NCBI GenBank assembly: GCA_964016885.1
Contig: OZ024740.1
Coordinates: forward strand, 243,846,001 to 243,910,000
DNA: 64,000 bases
Origin: Eledone cirrhosa
Taxonomy: Eukaryota
Reading direction: 5' to 3'
Below, piece by piece: positions 29,130 to 44,454 of the stretch. The notes under the pieces are model-generated. The model did not search any database. It saw nothing but the letters and a program-made list of their open reading frames with translations, and had not been told where the DNA came from. The translations under genes were made by a program, and so were the position numbers. Numbering within the stretch: the first letter of the stretch is position 1; the number at the start of each line of letters is the position of its first letter.

Positions 29130-30058
29130 AAGTAGATATTAAATATCACAGGCCTATCTTTCTGACGTCATAGAACACTTTATCATGATGAAACTGATCA
29201 TGTTTCAGGAACAATATTACTTGTTAATTGATGCCTAACTTTTAAAGCATTCTCAATGGGTGTTGAAACAGCTGCTAAACCGCTCACACATGGATTTGAT
29301 TTATCTCAATTTTGTAAAGGCATTCGATAAAGTCGTTCATGGAATGGTATGCCACAAAATGTGAGATCCCGGCATAGTTGAAAAACTAGGAGAGATGTTA
29401 TGTAACTTTTTAAAAGGTAGGAACCAGGTTGTTTTTAGTCAATGGTGTTCGCTCAAAGGAAACAACAATAGTGAGTGAAGTTTGGGGCCAGCTTTATTTG
29501 TAGGTGACCTCTCAGACATATCTCCGGTTATACAGGAAGCCACTCTCACTAGCTATGCTGGCAATACGAATATAGTATAGGCAATTCAGAATCTTGTTGA
29601 AGTTGCTTTTCTACAACAGAAGGCAACAGCAAACAATTGTATGCTGGAGAATTTCAGACTCTCCACTATCAACCTACTTACGCAAACACACTATAACAAA
29701 AATACTCAGAATCAGGAAAAATTGCAATACGTGTGTCAAAATCAGTGTGTGACCTGGCGGTCAATATGAGCAATAGGAATCGTCTCATGCGTATATCATT
29801 AAGATGGCAGCACTATGTAGACGACTTGCTGGATGGATTCCGAGGTCATTCAAGATAAGAGACAAAGAAACCATCCTGGTCCTGTAGAGGTCATTTGTTC
29901 ATAACCACCTGAACTATTTCTTTCAATTATGGTCACTCCACACTGTGAAATTAACTGCGAAAGATGAAGCACTCCATCAATGCTACACCAAGAAGATTGT
30001 TTCAATAAAAGAAGGTTACAGAGAAAGGGTGAAACAATTAAGACTTTAATCCCTGAGT
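29130..30058 (+). pseudogene. Decayed CR1-group LINE RT fragment
   Basis: YLNFVKAFDKV, RNQVV..NG, LGP.LF, SYA..T motifs with many disablements. Confidence 0.65.
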
Positions 30059-30080
30059 GATATATATATATATATATATA

Positions 30081-30204
30081 TTATTAGAAATGTTAGGTAT
30101 CGCCGTATTTTGACTAAAGAAATTATTTAGCCTGATAGTCAAAATACGGCGATAGCTAACATTTCTAATAATTTCAAATCAACTCGCTGTTTCGAAAATA
30201 TTCT

Positions 30205-30208
<4 letters not shown>
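30081..30208 (+). mobile_element. Mini fold-back module in (TA)n
   Basis: 35-bp arms 30081-30115 / 30135-30170 plus tail. Confidence 0.6.
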
Positions 30209-30281
<73 letters not shown>

Positions 30282-30285
<4 letters not shown>

Positions 30286-32780
30286 CCAAAAGTTTATATG
30301 GTTCGTTGATTATTCAACGAATTCATTTTTACAACAGATTAGAAGCACTCGACAAATTTTATCTGGAGTATCCTTAATATTCAAAATATTAATAAATGAG
30401 AAATACTTTCACATAACCAAAGTATATATTTTATTATATATATTTCAAGGGTACAGTGGTTTTTGAGTATGCTTTCATAAGATAAAACACAAGAAATTGG
30501 TTATTCGACATACCGCTATGGTCTTGATCTTTCAATCCCTATAGTGGCAGTAAATTACTTCCTCAACACTCAACAATCAAAACGCGATAGTTAATAGTGT
30601 ACAACAAAGAATCTCGAGACTTTCAGCTTATAGAGCTATATTTAACAGTAAAGCAGAATATTATAATGAAGCGCTACATAAAGCTGGATATAACAATAAC
30701 ATTGAGTATATAGATAAAAATACTGAAATCCAACAAAATAAAAATAATTAAAATCATCATAATAAAAAGGAATATAAACACAACAACTGGAATAATGAAT
30801 CAAAGAAGAAAGTAAGAACTAGATCTATAATTTGGTATGCACCACCAGCATCCTTAGGTATTAAGACGCCTGTAGCACACTTATTCTTCAAAGCTCTGGA
30901 TAAATGCTTCCCTAAGTCTCACAAATATTACCCTATTTTCAATAGACATACAGTTAAGCTCTCTTACTCAACTACTATGAATGTAGCTCAAAATATAGCA
31001 AAAATAAATAATAAGAATCTAAAATCAAACCTACCTCTACTAAGTAGTAATAATACTAATAATATATCACTTAATAGAAATAACAATAATAATAGTCTAA
31101 ACAGGAATAATAATATAATACCTTCAAATAGCAATACGAATAAATGTAATTGTAGAATTAGGTCCGCATGCCCACTACAAAATAATTGCTTTGATAAGAA
31201 TCTTGTATATAAATGTACCATTAGGGCAAATGGTAACGTATATAATTACATAGGTGCCACTTCATCTAAATTTAAGGACCGTTGGTATAATCATAAACAT
31301 ACTTTTAATAGACCGGATAAAAAATTCTCAACCTCACTATCACAATTAGTATGGTCACTAAAAGATAATAACATTAAATACTCCATCTCTTGGAGGAAAT
31401 TGAAAAATGCTACCTCTTACCAAAACTCTACAATATCCGGATTTTGCTATCTCTGTAATGAAGAAATCTTTCATATAATCACAAACCATGACAAAATAAT
31501 TAACAAAAGGAACGAAGTGTTTAGTTCTTGTCTCCATAAATTCGGAAAGACTTTACCATTTCCAAAAAAATACGGACAAATAACACCTTGAATATATACA
31601 GATTTGCCTAATTGAAGTACAAATATACATATCTATATGTAAGAGTATAACTACATTGAATATATTTTATCCTATGCTAATATATATCTTAATTAGACTT
31701 TAATTAAGATACAAAGATTGGATATGTTGAAGAATTTAAAAGTCGTTTGGTGGGAGTAAAGATTTTCTCTATGAGAAATTTTTTTTTACATTGAAAAGAG
31801 TTACCTCTCTTTTGTTTATATTGTCCGATTATTACAAAATATATATAAAATATAGATTAATATTAATAATTAATAGTACATAGACTATAATTACTCTTAA
31901 ACGCTATATAAGTGAAATAAAGTGTTTGTTGAGTAAACATAACCACGTGTAGATTTTAAAAAATAAAAGAATATAAAAAGCTCGCGAAGTTAAATTAAAG
32001 TGGAATTTTGACTTACTTTAGAAGATAAATGACTAAAATATATTATATATTGATGTGGATATACGCATATTTAATAGACAATAAAGATAAAGTGTTTAAA
32101 CGTACGTTAAAAAGGTACATATAATATATAACAATATCTCACCATATAATAAAACATTTTCATAACCTCAAAGGAAATAATTTAAGGATATAAATATGTA
32201 AGAATTCAAATAATTGATTGCCGTAGAAATTAATCTATGCTCAATAATCTAGATATATTATAAACCAATAAATTAATTAAAGGTTAATCCAATGTAAGCG
32301 CCATTCATTGATAACTCCTCAGAATAATTTTTGAATTTCTGTCTAGGTGTCTGAAGGCAACGGTTGTTTTTCTTTATCCTCTTCTTTTCTTCTTTCTTTT
32401 TTCTTTTTTCTTTCTTTTTTCTTTCTTTTTTCTTTCTTTTTTCTTTCTTTTTTCTTCCTTTTTTCTTTTTTTCTCTCTCTCTTCTTTTTCTCTCCGCATC
32501 TTCCTTTTCAGCTTCCCTTCTCTATTTCTTTGTTTCTTTACGTCTTTTTCTCTAAGTTAACATATTCTTTGTGGTATATAAATGTTGAGTGTTGAGGAAG
32601 TAATTTACTGCCACTATAGGGATTGAAGGATCAAGACCATAGCAGTATGTCGAATAACCAATTTCTTGTGTTTTATCCGATGAAAGCGTACCCCAAAACC
32701 ACTGTACCCTTGAAATATATATAATAAAATATATACTTCGGTTATGTGAAAGTATTTCTCATTTATTAATATTTTGAATA
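30282..32780 (+). mobile_element. 5'-truncated PLE family A with an inverted pseudo-LTR at its 5' end, in (TA)n
   Basis: Thumb plus GIY-YIG ORF 30977-31591. Inverted repeats about 30380-30574 / 32583-32780. Sense HHR-like CCGATGA..GAAA tatata TA at about 32669-32731. Confidence 0.88.
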
Positions 32781-32801
32781 TATATATATATATATATATA
32801 T

Positions 32802-33350
32802 GAATGAAAAATGGCGTGCTGCGTTGTTGCGAACATGAATATATGAATAAAAATAGACAAGGGTTAAAATGTCCTCTTCAGTAGTCTTCTTCGTTGGTAT
32901 TTCGACGCATTAAAGACTAGATACCTAAAATCAGTGCGAGCGATAACTCAATTAAGTTATCGGGACAGTGGAAAACGGAGGGAAGGAAACAAACACATGG
33001 TGGTATGCAACGAAAAGAGAGGAAAAATAGAGACAAGTCAATGAATCACGTAGGCATAAGCCCGACATACTCTCAGCTGGTCCTTCCTCCCACTTTCACT
33101 CACTCCCTCTCTGCTTCTCCCCCCTTCTCACTTCCTCCCATCTGACCTGCTTGAATTTCTTTCTTCTCTCAATCTTCTCGCAGCTCGGACGTGTCTATTT
33201 CTCCTTGTCAATTTGATATGTCGGGCTTATGTGAGTTATCGCTCGCATTGATTTCAGGTATCTAGTCTTTAATGCGTCGAAATAACAACGATAAATCAGA
33301 AGACTACTGAAGAGGACATTTTAACCCTTGTCTATTTTTATTCATATATA
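32802..33350. mobile_element. Inverted-repeat module between (TA)n runs (relative of 4007-4540)
   Basis: 32839-32950 is the reverse complement of 33232-33350. Confidence 0.65.
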
Positions 33351-33384
33351 TATATATATATACGGTATGTTTACAAATAAATAT

Positions 33385-33648
33385 TTTAAAAGCCTTCTAG
33401 GTGTGAATATTGAAAAGCTGACAGCTGTCGCCGTCTAGCAGATTCCAGCAAAAGCAGCAGGGGGTAACTGCCAACCTGGTTCTGGCTCAGGCCGTTATCA
33501 GGACAGTGCTTCCCTACCCTGGACTCTGCTGGAACTTGAAACAGCCGAAAATATATAGGTTTTTCGCCTATGTACATGGGCTGACTAGCCTCATTTGCAT
33601 ATGGAGCTGTCAAGCCGGCTCAGCTGGAAAGCGTCTCTCTTTTTCATC
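33385..33648 (-). mobile_element. Family B-related module with octamer and a decayed expanded HHR
   Basis: gaaaatatatagg..ggctgactagcctcatttgcat shared with 7300-7356; rc CTGATAA..cagctg TC. Confidence 0.5.
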
Positions 33649-34040
33649 ATATATATATATTTAAGTTTACGAGGTATCGTTTAAGGCAATCCAAGTAGAG
33701 GTTATGAGTACTCTGTATCGAGGATAGTTCTAACGTTCGGTGTTGTTTGACTCGACAAGATGTTTACTTAGTTGTGGTGTTCGGGTGGGTGATTCCAGAG
33801 AGTTTCTAGGTAAACGGTTCCTGGAGTCTTAATAATAAAAGAGTGAAGAATAACACGGATCGACTATACAATAGGGTTTATTCTAAATATTAACAAATCT
33901 TTCATTGGTCCGGTGTGTCTAAAAACCACTATCCGCAGTGTGCCACGACACTCTATTTTTAAGTACAGTTTACAGCAACCAAATCCTCAAAATACTATTT
34001 CGGTTTTGATCCTACAACGCTTTTATATTTACAATAACAC

Positions 34041-34673
34041 GTAGAGTTGAAAGTAGAGTTGAAAGTAGAGTTAGGAAGTAGAGTTAGGAAGTAGAGTTAG
34101 GAAGTAGAGTTGAAAGTAGAGTTGAAAGTAGAGTTAGGAAGTAGAGTTAGGAAGTAGAGTTGAAAGTAGAGTTGAAAGTAGAGTTAGGAAGTAAAGTTAG
34201 GAAGTAGAGTTAGGAAGTAGAGTTAGGAAGTAGAGTTAGGAAGTAGAGTTAGGAAGTAGAGTTGAAAGTAGAGTTGAAAGTAGAGTTAGGAAGTAGAGTT
34301 AGGAAGTAGAGTTAGGAAGTAGAGTTAGGAAGTAGAGTTAGGAAGTAGAGTTAGGAAGTAGAGTTAGGAAGTAGAGTTGAAAGTAGAGTTGAAAGTAGAG
34401 TTAGGAAGTAGAGTTAGGAAGTAGAGTTGAAAGTAGAGTTGAAAGTAGAGTTAGGAAGTAGAGTTAGGAAGTAGAGTTGAAAGTAGAGTTGAAAGTAGAG
34501 TTAGGAAGTAGAGTTAGGAAGTAGAGTTGAAAGTAGAGTTGAAAGTAGAGTTAGGAAGTAGAGTTAGGAAGTAGAGTTAGGAAGTAGAGTTGAAAGTAGA
34601 GTTGAAAGTAGAGTTAGGAAGTAGAGTTAGGAAGTAGAGTTAGGAAGTAGAGTTGAAAGTAGAGTTAGGAAGT
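34041..34673. repeat. Minisatellite of GTAGAGTTGAAA (12) and GTAGAGTTAGGAA (13) units
   Basis: About 50 near-perfect units. Confidence 0.95.
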
Positions 34674-34755
34674 ATATAGTGTGAAGACACAAAGTAACTG
34701 TATATATGCAATTATGTGGCGAAATCTATGAAGCGAGATTTGAACTACTGTTCCC

Positions 34756-35500
34756 TTCTTCTTCTTCTTTTTCTTCTTCTTCTTCTTCTTCTTCTTCTTC
34801 TTCTTCTTCTTCTTCTTCTTCTTCTTCTTCTTCTTCTTCTTCTTCTTCTTCTTCTTCTTCTTCTTCTTCTTCTTCTTCTTCTTCTTCTTCTTCTTCTTCT
34901 TCTTCTTCTTCTTCTTCTTCTTCTTCTTCTTCACTCACTGTATTCCTGAGAGGATCGTGGGAGCAGAGTCCTCAAACCCTCCTTCCAGCAGACCCTGCCA
35001 GAAGCAACCGTCTCCAACTGATCCGACTGGATCTCCAAGCGAGACCAGCCAAGCTCATTGATTTTATCCATCCAGTTGGTTTTGCTCGTAAAATCTGTCC
35101 ATCGATTCTTTCCTGGGACATTCTCACCACATGCCCATAGTATCAGAGCTGTGATCTCTCAATTCGAAGAAGTAGTGGCTCTATTTGGAACGCCTCTCTC
35201 ATCTCCGAGCTACGCACTCTATCTGGTAATGTTACTCAAAAGACCGTTCGGTCGCTTGTATTCGCGATCGTATTCTTTCGGTCATTACCCAAGATGTGTG
35301 ACCATAGCTAAAGATTGGCACGAATACCGATTTGAAGATAGCAAGTTTAGCTTTTACATCTTCTGATTACCGAATGCTGAAGCTGGCACATTACTGTACC
35401 AAGTCATGCAATTCTTGCAGTTAATTCAGCTTCTTGTTGCCGGTTGTCAATATAAACCATACGATCACATACACTAACCTCTTGCCTTATAGACAAGCAA
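34756..35500 (-). mobile_element. 3' fragment of an RTE-group LINE with an expanded (GAA)n tail
   Basis: rc GHVVRMSQER and KSVFVP..YG..WVM-like motifs; (CTT)n 34756-34932. Confidence 0.6.
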
Positions 35501-36458
35501 TTTCCTGTCTTTTTTACCCGGCGTGTTTTACTTCCTTTATTTGGTGACTCATGTCACCAAACTGTGGACGAATACAGTTCTCAAGGGTCATCTGCTCATT
35601 GTCAATGACAACAGGAATTTCATAAATAGCTTGCTCCATGCTGTCCAACAGGCTTAGTCCAGCTCAGTTTCTTCCAGCGACCAGAACAATGAGTGGCCAT
35701 CAGATACTCAACTCGGCCATACACCCGTTTGATTCGAACAAAGGTTAGTTCCATGCATCTTTTCAAACTACTACAGCCTTCACACAAAACCAATCACAAA
35801 CATAACACACAATTACACATTGACTCTTTGTTGTTTTCCTGCGTTGTTAAAGTTATTTCTTAGTAAAACTTATTAAAGCAGCGGTATTTGTTATTGTTCA
35901 TTGGATATTGCTAATGTCAGCTTCAGTCAACTACTGGCTATGGCAACGAATACAGCCACACATCTCAACATACTGAGATACATACACATTCATTTGCCAT
36001 AAGTCGCGAATATTCACACAACGCTTTATATGGGAGAGAGCAACCCATGGAATAACCCATCAAGCCAACAATTACAACCTCAGATTATGCCACACTGCAA
36101 TTAGCAATTGACCAGGTATCACCTTTTACATAAACTTTCATCTAGTCACCACACGAACCAAATCACTAATACAAATGATAACAGGCAATCATCTTAACCG
36201 TCGCTATATTAGTATACAGTACATGTGTATCAATACACAGACACTTTCAATACCCATTTGTGTGCAATTGTGTTTATCTGAGTGAGTGTATGTGTATTAT
36301 AATGTGTCTGTATATGAGATAAATCTACAAAGAAATAATACTTATGTATATGTGCATTTGTAAAAATATGTTCATAAATATGTACGGCTGCATCTGTGAA
36401 TATGTGTATTCGTAAACATACATACATACATACATACATACATACATACATACATACA

Positions 36459-36489
<31 letters not shown>

Positions 36490-36615
36490 TTACATACATA
36501 TATACGTACATACGTACATACATACATATATATATATATACATTCATATAGGGATGTGCGCCCGCGCCCGTGTGTGTGTGCGTGTTGCATTACGAATGAG
36601 AGAGACTAAGAGACT

Positions 36616-36693
<78 letters not shown>

Positions 36694-37333
36694 GTGTGTG
36701 TGTAATGACAGACTGTCAGACAGTAGTTATCCTGTTCCACACCACTACAACACCACTACCACCAACATATCACATACTGACCTCATTACATGAATGTTTA
36801 TTACAAATACAAATTTCCCATTAACCAAACAAAAAACAAAAAAGAACAAAAACAGACGAGGTGAGTTAACATCACACGCTGCTCATAACACTCCCAGCGA
36901 TGCTTCTGCTTCCATCAACTCTATACTATTGTGTAGCACAATTTCAAGTAAAAACTTATTTACAGTTTCAAATTGTGAACGCGGAAAGATCCAGAGACTT
37001 GAACAAAGTCCACAGAGCCATGCCATAAGAACTTCTTATTTCACTATATACACACTTATAAATACACATCGGAACTGTCACAAAAGTAAGTGCTGTTGTC
37101 ATTGTTGTTGTTATCGATTTTATTTATGTATTTATTGAAATATTTCGTTACAAACTGCATTTTGTTTCGATCTTTCGATCTTGTCATGTTTGTTTAGCAC
37201 CAGATTAGATCTGATGAAAGGCATTCCATCCAAGAGAAGATTATCTTTCTTTCTTCTCCCGCCCCCTCTCTATCTAACTATCTAAGAAATATATCTATCT
37301 ATATATCTATCTCTATATTCGTTAATTTTCTTA

Positions 37334-37481
<148 letters not shown>

Positions 37482-39078
37482 ACATTATGCAATATATCCT
37501 CGTTTATTGTTAAGGACTATAGGGTGAGATTTAGCAGGGATTTTGCTGTTATTTTTAGCAGATCATGTTCCGCGCAAATGTTCTCTCGCTGGCTCATTGT
37601 CGTTTAATCCCATGCTAACTCAGATAAATTAGACTCATGATCAAAGATCATCTAACTCTGACAAACCCGGTTTTTCTTCTTAATATGTATATCAGGATCT
37701 TACATTACAAAATGTTTCCTTAATTACTATTTAAAGGTGAGGTCTGAAGACGGTTTGGCTGCTTTTTCCAACAGACCAAACGACCTCTATCAGGGACATT
37801 GACCGATGCGTTCTTGTTTATTTAAAACAGTAGAATGAGAGATTTCAAGTGGCTTTGGCTGCTATTTCTAGCACTTCTAACATCCTTTACAAGGGACTAA
37901 ATTGTTCAATATATTCTTGGTAGAATGAGATTTGAGGACGATTTGACTACTACATCTATCAGGTTGAGTGTAAATCACGCCAACTCCTCATCAGCCCCTC
38001 TTCCATGCTTTAGAGTTGAGGGTATTTACAGAAATATTTCAGATATTTTGGTAAAGATGTTTCCTGCTTTGGGGGAAAAGCCAATAAATTAACAGAGTCG
38101 TTAAAATATCGGATAGACGGTTTCGTCGTATTCATTCCACCTCTCTACGGTCTGAGTTCAAATCTCACCGGGGTTAACTTGACTTGTCATCCTTTCGAAG
38201 TCGATAAATAAAGTATCAGTCCGGTTTTGGGGCCGAACCTTCTATATTTCTTTCTCGCACTCAATCTCTCGCTCTCATTCCCACTTTCTCTGCAATAAAT
38301 CCGCTGTGTTCAAACTTGGAGACGGATGGACTCCGCCAGGTTTAAACGCATAAAAAACACTGTATGGGACCCCTAAAACCCCACGAGGAGTTAAAGGCAC
38401 ACGAATGTATGTTTTAGAGAAGCGACGGTGTTATGTTTCGGATTCAAATTTGTAAATATTTATACAAGTGGAAACTGTCAACTTTATTTAGATATTTCTT
38501 ACTAATTGTTACTGTTGTTGTTTAGAATGAGGTTAACCTGATGAACGAGACCTATGATAAGAGACATTCCAGTCGTGACTATTACATCCTTTTTTGACGC
38601 TTGTCTAGGGTAACTTTATTTAAGACATCAAGGTGGAAATTTGAGGGAGATTTTGGTATAATTTCTAGCAAGTATTTAAGGCAGTAATTAGTAAGTAAGA
38701 TTTGAGTCTGTTGTTATTTCTAGTAACGGAGACACTACATGGTAGATTCAGCTGCTATTTCTAGCAGATCAACACATAATTATAGAGGCTCACGCGTTGG
38801 TGATTAGTTCATGATGTTAGTGTCACAACTTCTTTGTGTATTGTAGCAATCGGGAGTCGTAGAAAATGCTCTGCTAACTCTAAGTAGGAACGCCCCTTTA
38901 GAACTTCCGCAACTTTCTAAAATATTGTTCCGCGTGTAATAGTACTTATCTTCATTAATCATATCAGGGAGTGTCCAGTTTGTTTCGGGTCTACACTAGC
39001 ACGTCTCCTTCTCCACTACTTCTTTGATCGACGCAGAGCCACACCAATGCACGCGTGTATGTATGTATGTGTGCGTGC

Positions 39079-39128
<50 letters not shown>

Positions 39129-39148
39129 GCATCATACATATATATAAA

Positions 39149-39177
<29 letters not shown>

Positions 39178-39180
<3 letters not shown>

Positions 39181-39371
39181 GGAACGAGTAGGACCCCGAC
39201 GGCTGAGATCAAGCCGTTTCGACGGCTAATTCTGAGTCCAGAATTAGCCGTCGAAACGGCTTGAGCTCAGCCGTCGGGGTCCTACTCGTTCCTATTACCC
39301 ACTCTACTACCCTAAGTATTGAGTACTTTGGTGCGTTATGGTCCACCTGGTTCCTTACCACATTTCCTTCG

Positions 39372-39372
<1 letters not shown>
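39178..39372 (+). mobile_element. Fold-back module, family D
   Basis: Arms 39178-39234 / 39239-39295; tail homologous to 19285-19350. Confidence 0.8.
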
Positions 39373-39418
<46 letters not shown>

Positions 39419-39773
39419 GGATAATGCTATACAACCCCTGTCACACACACACATAAACACACACAAACACACACACAAACACACACACAAACAAACACAC
39501 ACACATACATATATATATATATGTAAATACATATATGTTGTGTATGTTTGATTCATACAACCTCTACACCAAACCATTTACAGCTGCTATCACACACACA
39601 CCCACACACACCCACACGCACACATACACACACACACACACATAAACACACACCCACACGCACACACACACCCACACACACCCACAAAACACACACACAA
39701 AACACACACACACGCACACACGCACACACGTACGCGCACACACACACGTACACACCCACGTACCCCCCCCCCC

Positions 39774-39866
<93 letters not shown>

Positions 39867-40059
39867 ACACACACACACGAGGCACAGGTAGGTGGGGGGG
39901 TATGTTGCATCTAGATATATTTCTCCAGTAAACACCGTAATGTTTCTCAGTGCAATATTTCTCCTCAGTGGAGGAACTAAACTTTATTAGGTATGAACAC
40001 CACCGTCTGACTAAGTTATGTTGTTATTACTCAGCTGACTACTTAGTATATGCTGTCGC

Positions 40060-40462
<403 letters not shown>

Positions 40463-40807
40463 GAAACTATCGTTAAGTTTTGGACTGGCACCAATCTTCA
40501 ACCGACAGAAGACTGCTTCTTTCTTTCATTCATAGAAGCCTTCGCCAAACTATATATATATATATATATATACATATAGATATATATATATATATATATC
40601 TATATGTATACATATATATGTATATATAAATATATGTATATATGTATATATAATATTTGTTTCTACTTTCGGCACAAGGCCAGCAATTATCCCAGTGTAT
40701 TACTGGTACTTTATTTTATCGACCCCCGTAAGAATGAAAGGCAAAGTTAACCTTGGTGGGATTCGAACTAAGGACGAATGGTTACTCCTTCATTACGTTT
40801 ACTGGTT

Positions 40808-40892
40808 GGTGACGCGTGTTTCGCTACTGATCAGCTTAAGTTTCGATCTCTATCGACCTGGCCCGACTCTGGAATCAAAAGCTCGTCGAACC
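40808..40892 (-). ncRNA. Expanded-stem-II hammerhead-like motif (degenerate core TCGACGA)
   Basis: ggt TCGACGA gct..60 nt..agc GAAA cacgcg TC acc. Confidence 0.55.
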
Positions 40893-40929
40893 TCTATAGT
40901 AGTAATGACAGAATCAGAATGTATGACAA

Positions 40930-40963
<34 letters not shown>

Positions 40964-40991
40964 ACACACACACACACATATATATACATAC

Positions 40992-41022
<31 letters not shown>

Positions 41023-41041
41023 CATACATATATACATACAT

Positions 41042-41107
<66 letters not shown>

Positions 41108-41116
41108 TGACTTAAT

Positions 41117-41151
<35 letters not shown>

Positions 41152-41156
<5 letters not shown>

Positions 41157-41660
41157 ATTAAGTCAAATATGTAAAATTTGGCTTCGTTTATTATAAATTA
41201 TAGAAATACTGCTATATATATTTTACGGTGACAGCCATCATTGGCTGTGACCTCTTCAGGCAGTCCGAATTGGTGTGGGAGAGACAGGTACACATGTTGT
41301 TGAACGCCGAAATTCGTTTGTTCTAATTCATATGATTCCAGTTCCTCAGAGAAATAACAACACAACCAGGAGCTGGACATATCGATGTATTGACGGAGTA
41401 AAACACATTTCAACAACATGTGTACCTGTCTTTCCCACACCAATTCGGTCTGCCTGAAGAGGTCACAGCCAATGATGGCAGTCACCGAAATATATATATA
41501 GCAGTATATCTATAATTTATAATAAACGAAGCCAAATTTTACATATTTCACTTAATTATTTTACATTACTCCGGAGTAAACAAACCAACCTGCGTACTTC
41601 GTCGAGTGCTCCAAACTGCATACTGAGGTGTTGGTAAACAACCAACATATACTCAAAATT
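41152..41660 (+). mobile_element. Fold-back HHR module in (TA)n
   Basis: Arms 41152-41304 / 41409-41562, spacer about 104 bp, tail with tcgagtgctc. Confidence 0.85.
41450..41504 (+). ncRNA. Minimal type I hammerhead
   Basis: ctgc CTGAAGA ggtcacagccaatgatggcagtcacc GAAA tatatata TA gcag. Confidence 0.8.
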
Positions 41661-41690
41661 TATATATATATATATATATAGATAGATAAT

Positions 41691-42313
41691 AATTGTTTCT
41701 ACGTTTGGCACAAGGCCAGCAATTACCCATTGCATTACTGGTACTTTATTTTATCGTAAGGATGAAAGGCGAAGTCAACCTCGGCGAGATTTGAACTCAG
41801 ATCGTAAAGGGACGTAACTATGCTAGAAAGCTTGGCGCCCGACCCTCAACCGATATTGCCAATTCACCGCCATTCAGTGGATTGGCAGTATCGGTAGAGG
41901 GTCGGACGCCAGGCTTTCCAGCATAGTTATGTCCCTTTACGATCTGAGTTCAAATCCCGCCGAGGTTGACTTTGCCTTTCATCCTTACGGGTCGATAAAA
42001 TAAAGTACCAGTAATGCACTGGGTAATTGCTGGCCTTGTGCCTAAAGTAGAAACAATTATATATATATAGTAATAATAATAATATATAATATAACATATA
42101 TATATATAATATAGATAGTTATATCTGGTAGTGGTCATTTTGAAAACTTTGGAAAAAAGAAACACACGCACTATTTGATTTTCACTTCAGACTTATTGTT
42201 ATCAGTTATTGCTCAGTTATTCTGTGACCTCCTCAATGACTAATTATTCTTTTTCTCTGTGTTTCCACTTCCTTCTGGTCCTATTCTTTTTACTCTACCC
42301 TGTCTTTGCGTGG

Positions 42314-42360
<47 letters not shown>

Positions 42361-42403
42361 ACACGCACACACGCATGCCCCCCCCCCCCCCCCCCCGCAC
42401 ACA

Positions 42404-42434
<31 letters not shown>

Positions 42435-42561
42435 CCCCCACATCCCCCCCCCCCCCACACCCCCCCCCCCACATCCACACACGCACGCACACCCCCACCC
42501 CCCACCCCCACCCCCCACACACACCCACACAGACACACACCCACATCCACACGCACACACG

Positions 42562-42592
<31 letters not shown>

Positions 42593-42607
42593 GTACACGC
42601 ACACACG

Positions 42608-42646
<39 letters not shown>

Positions 42647-43213
42647 ACACGCACACACGCATGCACGCACACACACACACTCACGCACGCACGCACGCAC
42701 GCACACACACACTACACGTTTATTTAATTCGGAGATGGAACCAAAACTGGATAAAACTCAGGATTTGATCAAGTGCGAACGCTTTTGAATCATCGGTCTG
42801 CCGTTCTGGCCAAGGATGTAGAAGAAAAAAAAATGATGACCTTGAATTAATCAGCACTAATCTCACGTTAGCTGAAAGTTGTTGGGTAAGGGAAGTAACT
42901 CTCATTACCTATATGTAAACTAATGAACCGAAATTGTAAAATAATGTTTCTACTTGTGGTACAAGGCCAGCAATTATCTCAGTGTATTACTGGTACTTTA
43001 TTTTATCGACCCCGTAAGGATGAAATGCAATGCTGACCTCGGCGGGATTTTAATCCAGAACGTAAAGGGCCATAAATCTATGTCGTAAAGCATGGTGTCT
43101 AACGCTCTAACGATACTGCCAAGCTAATCCACCTGCAAAATAATTGTTTCTACTTTCGGCACAAGGCCACATTGTATTACTGGTACTTTATTTTATCGAC
43201 CCCATAAGGATGA
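41691..43213. mobile_element. SINE copies (41691-41872 -, 41877-42060 +, 42945-43125 -, 43142-43213 -); others at 38095-38235 +, 40657-40770 -
   Basis: Core motif; the first two are head-to-head. Confidence 0.8.
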
Positions 43214-44454
43214 ATCCACCTGTAAAATAATGGAATGAAACAAAGAGATGTATTGAATGGTGGGTGGTTAAAGGGAGATAAGTAAGATTATTTCTACATA
43301 AAATAAATTTCTACCTTCTCTACAAATGGCCTAGTGGTAAGGGTGTTGGACTTACGATCATAATGTCGTGGGTTCGATTCTTAGCTTTGGAGCTACTTTT
43401 CCGAATCAGCCCCCCATCCCACAAATTCTATAACCCCCCTTTATCCTTGCTCTCACACACAAACACACAAACATATATACACACACTACTCCAGCCGTCA
43501 CACAACACACTCTCACATTTACAACACCCGTATATACCACACATAATCCTCTGCGCACACATAACTTTCAAAATCCTACACTTTCTAATGCATGGACGCA
43601 TATGTGCGCACAGCCACATACACCAACGACACACACATCCTAGGGCTCTCGTTTGGTGGTGCATGTGTGCTTGTCTCTCTTTCGTGTGCGTCTGTGATCG
43701 CGTGACACCCAGTGCAATGGCTGTGACTCCGTTGGTGTTGAATGATTCGCAACATTCACTTAACCCCCACCACTTCCCGGCTCTATCCACCTCCACAGAC
43801 GTAGTGACTTCGCACTTAGTAGTTCAGTTATTTGCCGTTGTACCAAATATATCGTCATTTCTTTTACCGCCATATCACGAAATTAAACCTATACAGCAAC
43901 ATTCATATTCACTACCGCCCATTTTTCTATACAACCCCTTGCCACAGTTTCTACGTCTGTGTGTATGTGTGTATTTCATATACATATTTATAACTTCCCT
44001 ATGTTGGTCAGTTTACGCGTGCGCACTCACTCTCCCCTCGACATCTCACAGCAGCCAGCCCTGTCACGGTCCAACGCCCATCCTTCAAAATGTCAAACTA
44101 AATACAGGTGTTTTTTTTTCAAAACAATTTTATTTCCGTCCCTTTCTCTTCTCATTCTCTATCTTTCTATTTCATCCTTTATTTCTCATATTCCTCAATA
44201 TGAAGCGCTAAACTAATATATTTCTTCTTTGTATCGTGTTGTTTCCTTTGATATTTCTATTTACTTTTTGCGTCCCCGCCCTTTTTTTTTATCCCAATAA
44301 CTTATTTTAGTTATTGTTCGCCCTAGGCTGAGGTATCTTGTCTCTAACGTGTACAATTCTTGACCACTTACAGAATGACAACAACAGGATCTAAGCCGCC
44401 GAGTGAGGGCCGCGGGTGTAACTGAACATTTGGAAACTCTGCTTCGTAGAATCG

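Noticed and set aside
32820-32885. HHR in the 32802 and 4007 modules (CTGAMGA..GCAAC)
   Set aside because: No GAAA, no NUH, and no stem I pairing.
34041-34673. Telomere-like TTAGG or CRISPR-like array
   Set aside because: Units are 12/13 bp with no unique spacers and are not TTAGGG.
43325-43392. tRNA gene (A box tggcctagtgg, B box ggttcgattc)
   Set aside because: No complete cloverleaf; likely a SINE head.
43363-44211. 282-aa ORF
   Set aside because: No recognisable domain; CA-rich low complexity, more likely UTR-like sequence upstream of the 44455 ribozyme.
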